Assembly: GCA_963793425.1 (NCBI GenBank)
Contig: CAWCAG010000005.1
Span: 1,376,001 to 1,440,000 of the forward strand
Source: an uncultured cyanobacterium
GTDB taxonomy: Bacteria; Cyanobacteriota; Cyanobacteriia; Cyanobacteriales; CAWCAG01
DNA: 64,000 nt
Reading direction: 5' to 3'
Positions 1 through 10,963 of the stretch are shown in pieces. A program made the translations under genes and the position numbers. Numbering within the stretch: position 1 is the stretch's first letter; the number at the start of each line of letters is the position of its first letter. The notes beneath the pieces were generated by a model. It was not told where the DNA came from. It saw nothing but the letters and a program-made list of their open reading frames with translations, and made no database searches.

Positions 1-2
1 TC

Positions 3-920
3 CATAGCAAAGTCCTCTTTTCTCAAGGAGTTAGTCCAGATGGTTGGACAGAAGAAACTGTTACTGTTCCAGAACAGTTTTTGGCGAAAGCGAAGTCGAT
101 TGTACAGAAGAATATGTCTCAGCCTGTTTGGGGCTGGAAAGAACCCCGAACAACACTATTTCTGGATTTTTGGGCTAATTTACTTCCAGAAGCTAAGTTT
201 ATCTTTGTTTATCGTTCTCCTTGGGAAGTGATTGATTCGCTATATCGTCGTGGAGATGCTACTTTTGTGGATAATCCCAATTTTGCTTTACAAGTTTGGT
301 TGAACTACAACGAAATTATTAGGAATTTTTGCGATCGCTTCTCCAAAAGGTGCTTGTTATTTAAACTTGAAAATATTATTAAAGACCCCAATATACTAGT
401 TACTTCCATTAAAGATAAATTTGGTATCCCCCTCAAAGCAGTAGATAATTTATACGAAGAAAATTTATTAAACCATCAGGTTGCAAATTCCCATCGCCCT
501 GTCCTAATCAAAACTTATTTTCCTGAAGCGATCGCCCTTTACCAGGAACTTGACAAGAGGGCTGTACAAGTACAAAAATTTGACAGTTACCCAGTTAACG
601 AAGCAGACTCATTACCATCTTATTCAGAATGGGTTCTTCAAGACTGGTTGAATGTAAGGAGACAAGAGGCTCAACTACAACAACTACAACAAACTCAAAC
701 TCAACTACAACAAACTCAAACTCAACTACAACAAACCCAAACCCAACTACAACAAACTCAAACCCAACTACAACAAACTCAAACCCAACTACAACAAACT
801 CAAACCCAACTACAACAAACCCAAACTAATCTGATGGCAATGAAAAGCAGCAAATTCTGGAAACTAAGAACTTCTTGGTTTCGTCTCAAGGGGGTAATCG
901 GTTTACATAATAATGATTAG
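3..920 (+). CDS. Sulfotransferase-family protein with C-terminal coiled coil (5' end outside window)
   Basis: Frame open from base 3 (HSKVLFSQG...). Motifs WGWKEPRTTLFL and FIFVYRSPWEVIDSL are typical of the sulfotransferase fold. Contains (QLQQTQT)x7 and ends in amphipathic SSKFWKLR. Confidence 0.8.
   Translation, partial: HSKVLFSQGVSPDGWTEETVTVPEQFLAKAKSIVQKNMSQPVWGWKEPRTTLFLDFWANLLPEAKFIFVYRSPWEVIDSLYRRGDATFVDNPNFALQVWLNYNEIIRNFCDRFSKRCLLFKLENIIKDPNILVTSIKDKFGIPLKAVDNLYEENLLNHQVANSHRPVLIKTYFPEAIALYQELDKRAVQVQKFDSYPVNEADSLPSYSEWVLQDWLNVRRQEAQLQQLQQTQTQLQQTQTQLQQTQTQLQQTQTQLQQTQTQLQQTQTQLQQTQTNLMAMKSSKFWKLRTSWFRLKGVIGLHNND
681..827 (+). repeat. In-frame 21-bp tandem repeat, 7 copies (CAACTACAACAAACYCAAACY)
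   Basis: Read directly; encodes QLQQTQT heptads. Confidence 0.95.
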
Positions 921-1740
921 TAAAAAGTTGAGACTACCTCTGGCTAAAAGTTGGAGAGAAAAATTAGACTTGTTGCGGATGCTAGTGCGGCGGGACTTAG
1001 AAGGGCGATATAAAGGTTCTGTACTAGGCAACTTTTGGCCTCTACTAAACCAGCTTTCTCAATTACTCATTTATACCTACGTCTTCTCAATTGTTCTCAA
1101 AGTCAAGCTGAGTATGAAAGGTTTACCAGAGGATAGTAGCATTGGCTTTGGACTCTGGCTATTTGCTGGTTTACTCCCTTGGCTTGCCTTCACAGGAGGA
1201 TTAACTCAGTCAGCAAATTCTGTGGTTGGACAGCCTAATTTAGTTAAGAAGGTGGTATTTCCTCTCGCTTTACTACCTTTAGTACCGATTTTTTCAGCAT
1301 TTGTGGAAAGTTCTTTTGGTTTAGCCGCATTAATTGTTCTAGTTGCTATTTCCTCTGGTACTCTACACACAACTCTTGCCCTCCTACCCTTAGTTTGGTT
1401 GCCTCAACTATTATTAACTGCGGGTTTAGGTTATTTATGTGCAGGGTTAACGGTATTCTTACGAGATATTCCTCAGACTTTGGGAGTGCTTTTAAACTTG
1501 GGCTTTTACCTAACTCCCATTGTTTATCCAGCTAATGTCATTCCTGAACAGTTTAGGGATTGGGTTTTTTGGTTAAATCCTTTAGCTGCGATCGCACAAG
1601 TGTACAGAGATTTGGTTTTAACAGGGGAAGTTAGCCATTGGGGGGAATGGGGTGTTGCCTCTGCAATGGCTTTGGCTATCTTTACAGCAGGATTATGGGT
1701 ATATCAACGCTTGCGTCCGGGGTTTGCTGATGTATTATAA
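913..1740 (+). CDS. wzm: ABC-2 polysaccharide export permease
   Basis: RRDLEGRYKGSVLG, RDIPQ..YLTPIVYP, LNPL motifs; multiple TM helices. Confidence 0.9.
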   Translation: MISKKLRLPLAKSWREKLDLLRMLVRRDLEGRYKGSVLGNFWPLLNQLSQLLIYTYVFSIVLKVKLSMKGLPEDSSIGFGLWLFAGLLPWLAFTGGLTQSANSVVGQPNLVKKVVFPLALLPLVPIFSAFVESSFGLAALIVLVAISSGTLHTTLALLPLVWLPQLLLTAGLGYLCAGLTVFLRDIPQTLGVLLNLGFYLTPIVYPANVIPEQFRDWVFWLNPLAAIAQVYRDLVLTGEVSHWGEWGVASAMALAIFTAGLWVYQRLRPGFADVL

Positions 1741-1881
1741 AGTTTGGCTAACAGCTTACTTCGTTTGGGTAATGAAAGAAGACAATCTATATTCTGCTAA
1801 AAAATTCCTCAAAATTTGATAGATGTTATTAAAAAATGTATAAATTATTAACTTTTACTCTAATAAAAACTAGTTGGATAT

Positions 1882-3693
1882 ATGAATTCAGAAGATTTAG
1901 CAAATTCAAAAATAATATTCATCAGGAAAAAACTCAATAAACTTAAGCAAGTATGGAAGAAAGAAGGAACTTTAGGTGTTTTCAAATTTATTTATCAAAA
2001 GATTACGAAAAAAAATAAGAGTAAGGTTAGCTATCAAAAGTGGTTTGAAAAGAACCAGTTAAAAAATGGTGATATCATCAAAGCTCGCTGGCAAATAAGC
2101 CAGATGAAATTACGCCCCAAATTTTCAGTCATTATGCCAGTGTATAATGTTGAAAAAAAATGGCTAGAGAAAGCAATTGAATCTGTACGTGAACAAATTT
2201 ATCCTGACTGGGAACTTTGCATAGCTGATGATGCTTCAACTGAACCTCATATTCGGCCGCTTCTTGAGAAATACAGTAAGCTTGATTCTCGCATTAAAGT
2301 TCTCTTCAGAAAAGAAAATGGTCACATTTCTACTGCTAGTAACTCTGCTTTAGAACTAGCAACAGGGGACTATATTGCTCTTTTAGATCATGATGATGAA
2401 TTGACTATTAATGCTTTATTGGAAAATGCGAAGTTAATCAATAGTCATCCGAAAGCAGATTTCATCTATAGCGATGAAGACAAGATAGACACAAAAGGGA
2501 ATTTTTCAGAACCATTTTTTAAGCCAGATTGGTCTCCAGAATACTTCTATGCTTGTATGTATACCTGCCATTTAGGTGTCTATCGAACTAAGCTAATTAG
2601 AGAAATTAAGGGTTTTCGTAGCGAGTATGATGGTTCGCAAGATTATGATCTCGTTTTAAGATTCGTTGAAAAAACAAAAAACATTTATCATATTCCTAAA
2701 ATTCTTTACCATTGGCGCATGATACCTACCTCCGCCGCCTCTACACCCGAAGCTAAACCTTGGGCTTATAAAGCCGGTTGGAAAGCTCTAGAATCTATGT
2801 TAGAGCGTAGCTTATATTCAGGGTTTGTCTCTGAGCAGATCAGCCCTGGATCGTACCGAACAAGACGAAAAATTATCGATCAACCTTTGGTGAGTATTAT
2901 TATTCCCAGTGCTGGTAAATGGGTAGATACACATCAAGGTTCCGTGTGCATCCTTCAAAAGTGTATTCAAAGTATTAGGCAATTAAGCACTTATCGTAAT
3001 TTTGAAATTATCTTAGTTGATGGTTATGATATCGCTGAATCAACTCTCAAGGAAATCTCAGATTCTGATTTAACTATAGTTCGTTGTGACGAACCTTTCA
3101 ACTTCTCCATGAGAATAAATACGGGAGTAGCAAAAGCGGCAGGAAAATTCTTGTTACTCTTGAACGATGACATAGAAATTATTACCCCTGATTGGATTGA
3201 ATCCATGTTGGAATTTGCTCAACAGGATGAAATTGGCGCAGTAGGAGCTAAGCTATTTAGTGCTGATAGGGAAATTCAACATATTGGAGTTATTTTATTT
3301 GAAAATATACCCGAACATATTTTTTATCATTGGCCAGGAGATCACTTGGGCTATTTCAATTTCAACTGTGTCAATAAAAATTATTTAGCTGTTACGGCTG
3401 CTTGTTTAATGGTCAGGAAAGAACTATTTGAGCAACTAGGAGGACTAGATGAAGAATTTCCTATTAACTACGGAGATGTAGATTTCTGTATGAAAATATA
3501 TCAAGCAGGATATAGAAATGTGGTTACGCCATTTGCTCAACTAATTCATTATGAATCTGTTAGTAGAGGTAAAGGTGCAGAAGCTGAGGAGAAGAAAGAA
3601 TTTAAGCAAAAGTGGCAAAATTATCTTAATTCTATAGGAGGAGATCCTTATTACCATCCAATTTTTGAGAATAGGGGGGATTTTGATTTTTAA
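1882..3693 (+). CDS. Two-domain GT2 glycosyltransferase
   Basis: Domain 1: SVIMPVYN, LDHDD, YSDED, SQDYDL. Domain 2: SIIIP, LLNDD, GDVDFC. Confidence 0.9.
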   Translation: MNSEDLANSKIIFIRKKLNKLKQVWKKEGTLGVFKFIYQKITKKNKSKVSYQKWFEKNQLKNGDIIKARWQISQMKLRPKFSVIMPVYNVEKKWLEKAIESVREQIYPDWELCIADDASTEPHIRPLLEKYSKLDSRIKVLFRKENGHISTASNSALELATGDYIALLDHDDELTINALLENAKLINSHPKADFIYSDEDKIDTKGNFSEPFFKPDWSPEYFYACMYTCHLGVYRTKLIREIKGFRSEYDGSQDYDLVLRFVEKTKNIYHIPKILYHWRMIPTSAASTPEAKPWAYKAGWKALESMLERSLYSGFVSEQISPGSYRTRRKIIDQPLVSIIIPSAGKWVDTHQGSVCILQKCIQSIRQLSTYRNFEIILVDGYDIAESTLKEISDSDLTIVRCDEPFNFSMRINTGVAKAAGKFLLLLNDDIEIITPDWIESMLEFAQQDEIGAVGAKLFSADREIQHIGVILFENIPEHIFYHWPGDHLGYFNFNCVNKNYLAVTAACLMVRKELFEQLGGLDEEFPINYGDVDFCMKIYQAGYRNVVTPFAQLIHYESVSRGKGAEAEEKKEFKQKWQNYLNSIGGDPYYHPIFENRGDFDF

Positions 3694-3830
3694 TCTCAAT
3701 CAAAATTGAAACTCACTTTAAAGAGGGAGAAGGCAAGTTTCATAAAAAGCTCTTAATAAGCTAGAAAAAACGATTAATTATCCCCTCTTATTAAAAAGAA
3801 TATTGCAATAGAAAAAATTTACAGAGGTAG

Positions 3831-4619
3831 ATGAAAAAGCCAAATATATTAGACTCTTATATTCATAGTTGCCCTAGCTATCAAAACATTTTGGATATAT
3901 TCAGTGGTGAATGGGCCTCGAAAATACCCAGTGAAGCTCATTTGGTTACTGAACCTGGATTTGCTGGCTTGTTTGAAGATCCAAGAATAAGCTGGATCTC
4001 AGAAGTTTTTGGAAGCCTTGAGGGCAAGAAAGTTCTTGAGCTTGGCCCTTTAGAAGGTGGACACTCTTATATGCTCAACAAGATGGGAGTAGCTAGGGTA
4101 GATGCAGTCGAATCTAATACCAGAGCGTTTCTAAAGTGCTTATGTATTAAAGAAATATTTGACTTGCAAAACGTTAAATTCATGCTTGGTGACTTTAACG
4201 CATTTCTTGAAGAGGAAGATAAAAAGTACGACCTGATAGTTGCAAGTGGTGTTCTATACCACATGATAGATCCAATACAACTTCTGAGGTTAATAGCAAA
4301 AACAACTGATAAAGTTATGATTTGGACTCATTACTATGACAGTTCTATTATTTCCAGTAACAAGATTCTTGCCAAAAACTTTTCGAAGCCACATAAGTTC
4401 TCTTTAGATAGGATATCTGTTGAGTTAGCAGAACAATCCTATAATGAAGCTCTTGGTTGGCAGGGTTTTTGCGGTGGTAGTAAGCCAACAAGCAAATGGC
4501 TAACTCGACTGTCTATTCTAAACTTGTTGGAAGGTCTAGGATTTTCCGATCTGAATATAGGGTTTGAAAATAAAAATCACCCTAATGGCCCCTCTTTTGC
4601 TATATGTGCAGCAAAGTAG
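3831..4619 (+). CDS. Class I SAM-dependent methyltransferase
   Basis: VLELGPLEGG motif I; YDLIVASGVLYH. Confidence 0.8.
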   Translation: MKKPNILDSYIHSCPSYQNILDIFSGEWASKIPSEAHLVTEPGFAGLFEDPRISWISEVFGSLEGKKVLELGPLEGGHSYMLNKMGVARVDAVESNTRAFLKCLCIKEIFDLQNVKFMLGDFNAFLEEEDKKYDLIVASGVLYHMIDPIQLLRLIAKTTDKVMIWTHYYDSSIISSNKILAKNFSKPHKFSLDRISVELAEQSYNEALGWQGFCGGSKPTSKWLTRLSILNLLEGLGFSDLNIGFENKNHPNGPSFAICAAK

Positions 4620-4888
4620 CGAGAAATCATTAACATCTGACAATAAAACAGCTACATATTATCTCTGAGTAAAATTCAAACCTAGTAAAGAGGAACTCTA
4701 CACATTCAGTTTATTTCAGTCAATATTACCCTATTTTACTAGTATGTTCGGCTTTTTGCCTTTTACTACTCTTAAACTGTGATGATCCCTGTTGCTAGAG
4801 AATTTATCCTGTATTCATATTCCAAGTTAAAAATGCTATATAATCTCAAACATTTCCTTAGACAAAATCAATATTCCTTTTAAAAAAA

Positions 4889-5692
4889 ATGTCAATGTGG
4901 GAATCTAACCAGACCAAACTACCTGTTGTTATCCTCTGCGGAGGTCGCGGCACTCGATTAAAAGAAGAAACTGAATGGCGACCAAAACCAATGGTTTCTA
5001 TTGGTGAAAGACCAATACTGTGGCATATCATGAAAATCTATGCTAGCCATGGTTTCACAAACTTCATTCTTTGCCTGGGATACAAAGGAGATATCATTCG
5101 AGATTATTTCCTCAATTATGATCTAAAAAACTCGGACATCAAAGTCGATTTAGGGAGTAAGCGAGTTACTAAGCTATCAGACGGACACGAGGCAAATAAC
5201 TGGTCAGTTACTCTAGTGGATACGGGACAAAAATCCATGACTGGCGGACGTTTGAAGATTGCCAGCAAATATATTAATAGCGATACTTTCTGTTTTACTT
5301 ATGGTGATGGGGTAGCCAATATAGATATTGATTCGTTAGTTCAGTTTCACTCGGAAAAGGGAAAATGGGCAACAGTTACTGCCGTAAGACCATCATCTCG
5401 CTATGGAGAATTGGTTATCAATAATGGTATCGCCGAAGCTTTTGCTGAGAAACCACAAACTCACGAAGGATGGATTAATGGGGGGTTCTTCGTACTTAAT
5501 CGCAAAGTTATAGACTTCATCAAAGATGAGGAAACTATTTGGGAACAAGAACCTTTACAAAAGCTCGCTGAAACTGGAGAACTAGCAGTTTACCAGCATC
5601 AAAATTTCTGGCAGAGTATGGATACTTACCGGGAAATGGAATTACTAAACGACCTTTGGAATAGGGGGAATGCTCCTTGGAAGGTATGGTGA
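4889..5692 (+). CDS. rfbF: Glucose-1-phosphate cytidylyltransferase
   Basis: [45 protein letters not shown]. Confidence 0.95.
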   Translation: MSMWESNQTKLPVVILCGGRGTRLKEETEWRPKPMVSIGERPILWHIMKIYASHGFTNFILCLGYKGDIIRDYFLNYDLKNSDIKVDLGSKRVTKLSDGHEANNWSVTLVDTGQKSMTGGRLKIASKYINSDTFCFTYGDGVANIDIDSLVQFHSEKGKWATVTAVRPSSRYGELVINNGIAEAFAEKPQTHEGWINGGFFVLNRKVIDFIKDEETIWEQEPLQKLAETGELAVYQHQNFWQSMDTYREMELLNDLWNRGNAPWKVW

Positions 5693-6693
5693 TGTCTAAT
5701 TTTTGGCGCGATCGCTCTGTCTTTGTCACTGGCGGTACAGGACTATTAGGGAGTTGGTTAGTTACTGAACTAGTCCAAAAAGGAGCTAAAGTTACAGGAT
5801 TAGTCAGAGATTTAGTGCCAAACTCTCGCTTATATACAGAAAAATGGCATCAGCAAATTAATATAGTACATGGTGGAGTTGAGGATCTATCTACTTTAAA
5901 ACGCGCTTTGGCTGAATACGAAGTAGATACGGTGTTTCATCTAGCAGCTCAAACTATTGTTGGTGTCGCTAACCGAGACCCATTGGGAACCTTTGAAGCA
6001 AATATTAAAGGTACTTGGAATCTCCTCGAAGCCTGCCGTCAGGTAAGGGAAGTTAGTCGTATTGTGGTAGCTTCAAGTGATAAAGCTTATGGAGACCAAC
6101 TAGTACTTCCCTATGATGAAACTACACCTCTACAAGGGGAGCATCCTTACGATGTTTCTAAAAGTTGTGCTGATTTGCTTTGTCGGACTTACTATGTGAG
6201 TTACCAGCTACCAGTGTGTATAACTCGATGTGGCAATTTTTATGGAGGAGGAGACTTAAACTTCAATCGAATTGTACCAGATACAATTCGCTCCACATTA
6301 CGCAATAATCCAGTTATTATCCGTAGTGATGGGAGCTATATTCGGGATTACTTTTACGTTAAAGATGGTGCTTTAGCCTATTTACATCTAGCTGAACAAA
6401 TGGATAGAGCAGAGATTTTAGGAGAAGCTTTTAATTTCAGTAATGAGTTACAGATTACTGTTTTGGATATAGTAAAAAAGATTCTCGACTTAATGAATCA
6501 AAGTCATTTGGAACCTGTTATTCTTAATCAAGTTAAAAATGAAATCAAGCATCAATACCTATCAGCGAAAAAAGCACGCGAGCTACTAAATTGGCATCCC
6601 AAATATTCCCTTGATGAAGGTCTAAAAGAAACAATTGATTGGTATAAAATTTTTCTAGATTCTCAAAAATTAACCTCTGAACCAACTAAGTAG
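5692..6693 (+). CDS. rfbG: CDP-glucose 4,6-dehydratase (SDR)
   Basis: [32 protein letters not shown]; the ATG overlaps the rfbF stop. Confidence 0.85.
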   Translation: MSNFWRDRSVFVTGGTGLLGSWLVTELVQKGAKVTGLVRDLVPNSRLYTEKWHQQINIVHGGVEDLSTLKRALAEYEVDTVFHLAAQTIVGVANRDPLGTFEANIKGTWNLLEACRQVREVSRIVVASSDKAYGDQLVLPYDETTPLQGEHPYDVSKSCADLLCRTYYVSYQLPVCITRCGNFYGGGDLNFNRIVPDTIRSTLRNNPVIIRSDGSYIRDYFYVKDGALAYLHLAEQMDRAEILGEAFNFSNELQITVLDIVKKILDLMNQSHLEPVILNQVKNEIKHQYLSAKKARELLNWHPKYSLDEGLKETIDWYKIFLDSQKLTSEPTK

Positions 6694-6697
6694 TTGT

Positions 6698-8044
6698 ATG
6701 AATCAATCTCTTTCTCATCTAGTAAGTCAGTCTGAATTAGAGCAAGAAATGCGCTCTAAAGTTCTTGAGACAGTTCTTGCCTATTATAATTTTAAATTTT
6801 CAGCTCGGAAATTCATTCCTGGTCAAACTTATATACCCGTTTCAGGTAAAGTTTTTGATGAAGATGAACTCCTTAAGCTAGTAGACTCCTCCCTGGACTT
6901 TTGGCTGACAACAGGACGCTACGCCAGGGAATTTGAGCAGAAATTTGCAACCTGGATGGGTATCAAACATTGTCTTTTAGTTAACTCTGGTTCTAGTGCC
7001 AATTTATTAGCGTTAACAGCTCTCACCTCACCCAAACTAGGAGATCAGCGACTACAACCTGGTGATGAGGTGATTACAGTTGCTGCGGGATTTCCCACTA
7101 CAGTTAATCCGATTTTTCAAAATCAGCTAGTTCCAGTTTTTCTAGATGTAGAAATACCTAGCTATGATATTGATGTTTCTCAACTAGAAGCGGCTTTATC
7201 CTCCCGGACAAGAGCTATCATGATTGCTCATACTTTGGGGAATCCCTTTGATATAAAAACGATAATGGCGTTTGCTCAGAAGCACAATCTTTGGGTAATT
7301 GAAGATAACTGTGACGCAGTGGGTAGTCTTTATGAAAACTGCAAAACTGGTACTTTCGGACATTTAGCCACTGTCAGTTTTTATCCTGCTCACCATATGA
7401 CAATGGGAGAAGGAGGAGCAATATTAACCAGTGATACTCGACTGAAAAAAATAGTAGAATCTTTTCGTGATTGGGGTCGTGATTGTTGGTGTCCTCCAGG
7501 AATAGATAATACCTGCGGAAAACGTTTTAGCTGGCAACTTGGCAATTTACCTTCCGGCTATGATCATAAGTATACTTACTCTCACATAGGCTACAACCTA
7601 AAAATGACTGATATGCAAGCAGCAGTCGGTTGCGCTCAACTCGAAAAGTTACCAAATTTCATCACTAAGCGTCGAGAAAACTTCCAATTTTTGTCTGAGC
7701 AATTGGCAGATTTACAGGAATTATTAGTCTTGCCTAAAGCAACTAATAATTCTGAACCTAGCTGGTTTGGCTTTCCCATATTTATCCGAGATAATGCTCC
7801 TTTTAGTCGCAATGAATTGGTTCAGCATTTGGAAAATAAACGTATTGGTACTCGTCTATTATTTGGTGGTAATTTGTTAAGACAGCCAGCATATCAGGGA
7901 TTAAATTATCGGACAGTGGGAACACTCAGTAACTCAGATAGAGTAATGCACAGTGTTTTTTGGATTGGGGTATTTCCTGGTTTAACAGAAGAGATGTTAA
8001 CTTACATAACTTCAACTATTCGCCAGTTTTGCCAGAAATTTTAA
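6698..8044 (+). CDS. rfbH: CDP-4-keto-6-deoxyglucose 3-dehydrase (E1, PMP/[2Fe-2S])
   Basis: SFYPAHH (His in place of the PLP Lys), [20 protein letters not shown]. Confidence 0.93.
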   Translation: MNQSLSHLVSQSELEQEMRSKVLETVLAYYNFKFSARKFIPGQTYIPVSGKVFDEDELLKLVDSSLDFWLTTGRYAREFEQKFATWMGIKHCLLVNSGSSANLLALTALTSPKLGDQRLQPGDEVITVAAGFPTTVNPIFQNQLVPVFLDVEIPSYDIDVSQLEAALSSRTRAIMIAHTLGNPFDIKTIMAFAQKHNLWVIEDNCDAVGSLYENCKTGTFGHLATVSFYPAHHMTMGEGGAILTSDTRLKKIVESFRDWGRDCWCPPGIDNTCGKRFSWQLGNLPSGYDHKYTYSHIGYNLKMTDMQAAVGCAQLEKLPNFITKRRENFQFLSEQLADLQELLVLPKATNNSEPSWFGFPIFIRDNAPFSRNELVQHLENKRIGTRLLFGGNLLRQPAYQGLNYRTVGTLSNSDRVMHSVFWIGVFPGLTEEMLTYITSTIRQFCQKF

Positions 8045-8071
8045 GGAAACAAATATCTATTTATATCAGCC

Positions 8072-8980
8072 TTGAGTGAAGCAACACAAACTATCATAGT
8101 TACAGGAGCAACAGGTTTTTTAGGTAGTCATTTAGTCAAGAAACTACTTGAAGATAACCATAGAGTTGTTATTCTCAAGCGAAGCTTTTCTAATCCTAGG
8201 AGAATCAATGATGTTTTACCTTATCTCATTTGCTATGACATAGATAAATGTAAATTAGCTAAACCCTTTCGGGATTTTACTAGAGTAGATGCCATTATTC
8301 ATACAGCTACTTGTTATGGCCGTAAAAATGAAAGTACTGCTAGTATTTTTTCTACAAATACTTTTTGGCCTTTACAACTGCTTGAATATGCTAGTCAACA
8401 AGAAAACATAACTTTCTTTAATACTGATACAGTTTTGCCTAAACACTTAAATAACTACTCCCTTTCTAAAGCACATTTTCGTGAATGGGGAGAACATTTT
8501 TCTAAACAAGAAAAGATTAAGTTTATTAATATCAAGCTTGAACATATGTTTGGAGCTAATGATGATGACTCAAAATTTACGACCTATGTAATTAAAAACT
8601 GTCTTGCTAATACACCAGAACTTAAATTAACGTATGGAGAGCAGAAGCGAGATTTTATTCATATTGATGACGTTGTATCTGCATACAATATACTACTTTG
8701 CAATAAGGATAATCTAAACAAGTTTTACCAAGAGTTTGAATTAGGAAGTGGTAAGGCAATTTTTATTCGCCAATTTGTGGAGATGATACATAAATTAACC
8801 TTCTCACAGACAATTCTTAAATTTGGAGCTATAGATTATCGCCCAGATGAAATCATGTATTCTGAAGCGAAAGTAAAATCACTTCTAGATTTAGGTTGGA
8901 TGCCAGAACAAACCATAGAAGAAGGTTTACATAAAACTATTGCTTGGTATGTGAAAAATAAGCAAATGGAGGATAGTTAG
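8072..8980 (+). CDS. CDP-3,6-dideoxy-4-hexulose reductase (paratose/abequose synthase-like SDR)
   Basis: [42 protein letters not shown]; lies between rfbH and rfbE. Confidence 0.8.
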   Translation: MSEATQTIIVTGATGFLGSHLVKKLLEDNHRVVILKRSFSNPRRINDVLPYLICYDIDKCKLAKPFRDFTRVDAIIHTATCYGRKNESTASIFSTNTFWPLQLLEYASQQENITFFNTDTVLPKHLNNYSLSKAHFREWGEHFSKQEKIKFINIKLEHMFGANDDDSKFTTYVIKNCLANTPELKLTYGEQKRDFIHIDDVVSAYNILLCNKDNLNKFYQEFELGSGKAIFIRQFVEMIHKLTFSQTILKFGAIDYRPDEIMYSEAKVKSLLDLGWMPEQTIEEGLHKTIAWYVKNKQMEDS

Positions 8981-8982
8981 CT

Positions 8983-10023
8983 ATGAAATATTTAGTGACA
9001 GGGGGATGTGGGTTTTTAGGTAGTAACATTGCGGCACAAGTACTTAGCCAAGGTGATGAACTAATAGCATTGGATAATCTTTATCGTTTAGGAAGTCGTC
9101 AGAATCTAGACTGGTTAAAAAGTCAAGGTGACTTCCAGTTTACTCATGCTGATATTCGCAATTCCCATGATGTTGAGCAAATTATTAAAGAAGTTAAGCC
9201 AGAAGTTATTTTTCACTTGGCTGGTCAAGTCGCAATGACAACCTCTCTAGCTAATCCTCGTCTAGATTTTGAAGTGAATGCACTAGGTACACTAAACTTG
9301 CTTGAGGCAGTACGAAAGTTTTCTTCGGAAAGCGCTATTATCTATTCTTCTACAAATAAAGTCTACGGGGATTTAGAAAAAATTCAATATCAGGAGTTGG
9401 AGAAGCGATATATTTGTCCTGAATATCCGAAGGGGTTTGATGAGTCTTTTCCCCTTAATTTTCATTCTCCTTATGGTTGCTCAAAAGGCTCGGCTGACCA
9501 GTACATACAGGATTATAGTCGAATGTTTGGTTTACAGACTGTAGTATTTAGACACTCTTCTATCTATGGTGGACGGCAGTTTTCAACTTATGATCAAGGC
9601 TGGATTGGCTGGTTTTGTCAAAAAGCTTTGGAAATCAAACATAATCCCGATGTCAAGCCTTTTACAATATCCGGCAATGGTAAACAAGTACGTGATGTTT
9701 TATATGCCAGTGATGCTATAGCCTGTTATTTTCAAGCTGCTAAGAAAATTAGCCAAGTCAAAGGGCTAGTTTTTAACATTGGAGGTGGAGTAACAAATAG
9801 TCTTTCCCTACTTGAGTTATTTAGTTTACTAGAAGAACTAACTGGGACAAACTTACGGTGGGAACAACTTCCTTGGCGTGCTAGCGATCAAAAAGTATTT
9901 ATTGCTAACATCGAGCAAGCCCATCAAATCCTTCAATGGCAGCCACAAATTTCTTTTCGCGAAGGTATCAAGAAAGCTTTATCTTGGATTAATGATACTT
10001 TTAGTAAACCAAACAATGACTGA
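8983..10023 (+). CDS. rfbE: CDP-paratose 2-epimerase (CDP-tyvelose synthesis)
   Basis: [62 protein letters not shown], matching Salmonella RfbE as recalled. Confidence 0.9.
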   Translation: MKYLVTGGCGFLGSNIAAQVLSQGDELIALDNLYRLGSRQNLDWLKSQGDFQFTHADIRNSHDVEQIIKEVKPEVIFHLAGQVAMTTSLANPRLDFEVNALGTLNLLEAVRKFSSESAIIYSSTNKVYGDLEKIQYQELEKRYICPEYPKGFDESFPLNFHSPYGCSKGSADQYIQDYSRMFGLQTVVFRHSSIYGGRQFSTYDQGWIGWFCQKALEIKHNPDVKPFTISGNGKQVRDVLYASDAIACYFQAAKKISQVKGLVFNIGGGVTNSLSLLELFSLLEELTGTNLRWEQLPWRASDQKVFIANIEQAHQILQWQPQISFREGIKKALSWINDTFSKPNND

Positions 10024-10963
10024 CAACAGAATGAAGTTGATTAGTGTAGTAACCCCTTGTTTTAACGAAGAAGAAAATATAGAAGATGTTTATACCAAAG
10101 TTAAGCACGAATTTGAGCAATTACAAAATTATCAGTATGAGCATATATTTATTGATAATTCTTCTCAAGATAGAACTGTAAGTATTCTGAGGGATATTGC
10201 TCAAAAAGATAAGAAGGTAAAGATCATAGTCAATGCGAGAAACTTTGGTTTTGTACGCTCTTCTTACTACGGCCTTCTTCAAGCCTATGGAGATGCTGTT
10301 ATATTTCTCTTAGCCGACTTGCAAGACCCACCTTCGATGATCGCTACATTTATTCAGGAATGGGAACAAGGACATAAAGTGGTGCAAGGGGTAAGAACTT
10401 CAAGCAAGGAGTCCTTTCTCTTATTCACAGTTAAAAGGCTTTACTATTATGTTCTGAACCAGTTATCAGATATACAGCTAACAAGAAATACAACTGGGTT
10501 TGGCCTTTATGATAAGCAAGTAATGGATATGCTCCGCCAAATAGATGATCCTTATCCTTACTTTAAGGGATTGATTTCAGAATTAGGATTTGACAGTAAG
10601 AAAATACAGTATGTAAGTGCGGCTCGTAAAAGAGGAGTTAGTAGCGCTAATTTTTTAATGCTTTATGATTTTGCCATGCTTGGCATCACAAGTCATAGCA
10701 AGCTTCCTCTAAGGCTAGCAACTATCACAGGTTTTTTTATGGCTTTACTAAGCTTGCTTATATCATTAGGATATCTTATCTATAAACTTTTATATTGGGA
10801 TTTGTTTCCTGTTGGAACAGCTTCTCTGCTTGTAGGAATATTCTTCATTGGCTCTGTGCAGCTATTTTTTATTGGTATTTTAGGAGAGTATATTGGCTTT
10901 ATGCATACCCAAATCCTGAAAAGACCAATAGTTATAGAAAGAGAAAGAATTAACTTTAAATAA
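10016..10963 (+). CDS. GtrB/DPM1-like polyprenyl-phosphate glycosyltransferase (GT2 with two C-terminal TM helices)
   Basis: [34 protein letters not shown] at 10016 preferred over the ORF-track start. Confidence 0.85.
   Translation: MTDNRMKLISVVTPCFNEEENIEDVYTKVKHEFEQLQNYQYEHIFIDNSSQDRTVSILRDIAQKDKKVKIIVNARNFGFVRSSYYGLLQAYGDAVIFLLADLQDPPSMIATFIQEWEQGHKVVQGVRTSSKESFLLFTVKRLYYYVLNQLSDIQLTRNTTGFGLYDKQVMDMLRQIDDPYPYFKGLISELGFDSKKIQYVSAARKRGVSSANFLMLYDFAMLGITSHSKLPLRLATITGFFMALLSLLISLGYLIYKLLYWDLFPVGTASLLVGIFFIGSVQLFFIGILGEYIGFMHTQILKRPIVIERERINFK

Noticed and set aside
629..829. Thr/Asn-rich ORF, or a CRISPR-like reading of the 21-bp repeat
   Set aside because: Alternative frame of an in-gene tandem repeat; the units are contiguous with no spacers.
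9878..10015. N-terminal extension of the GtrB-like ORF
   Set aside because: Overlaps rfbE; the GT2 domain begins just after ATG 10016/10031.
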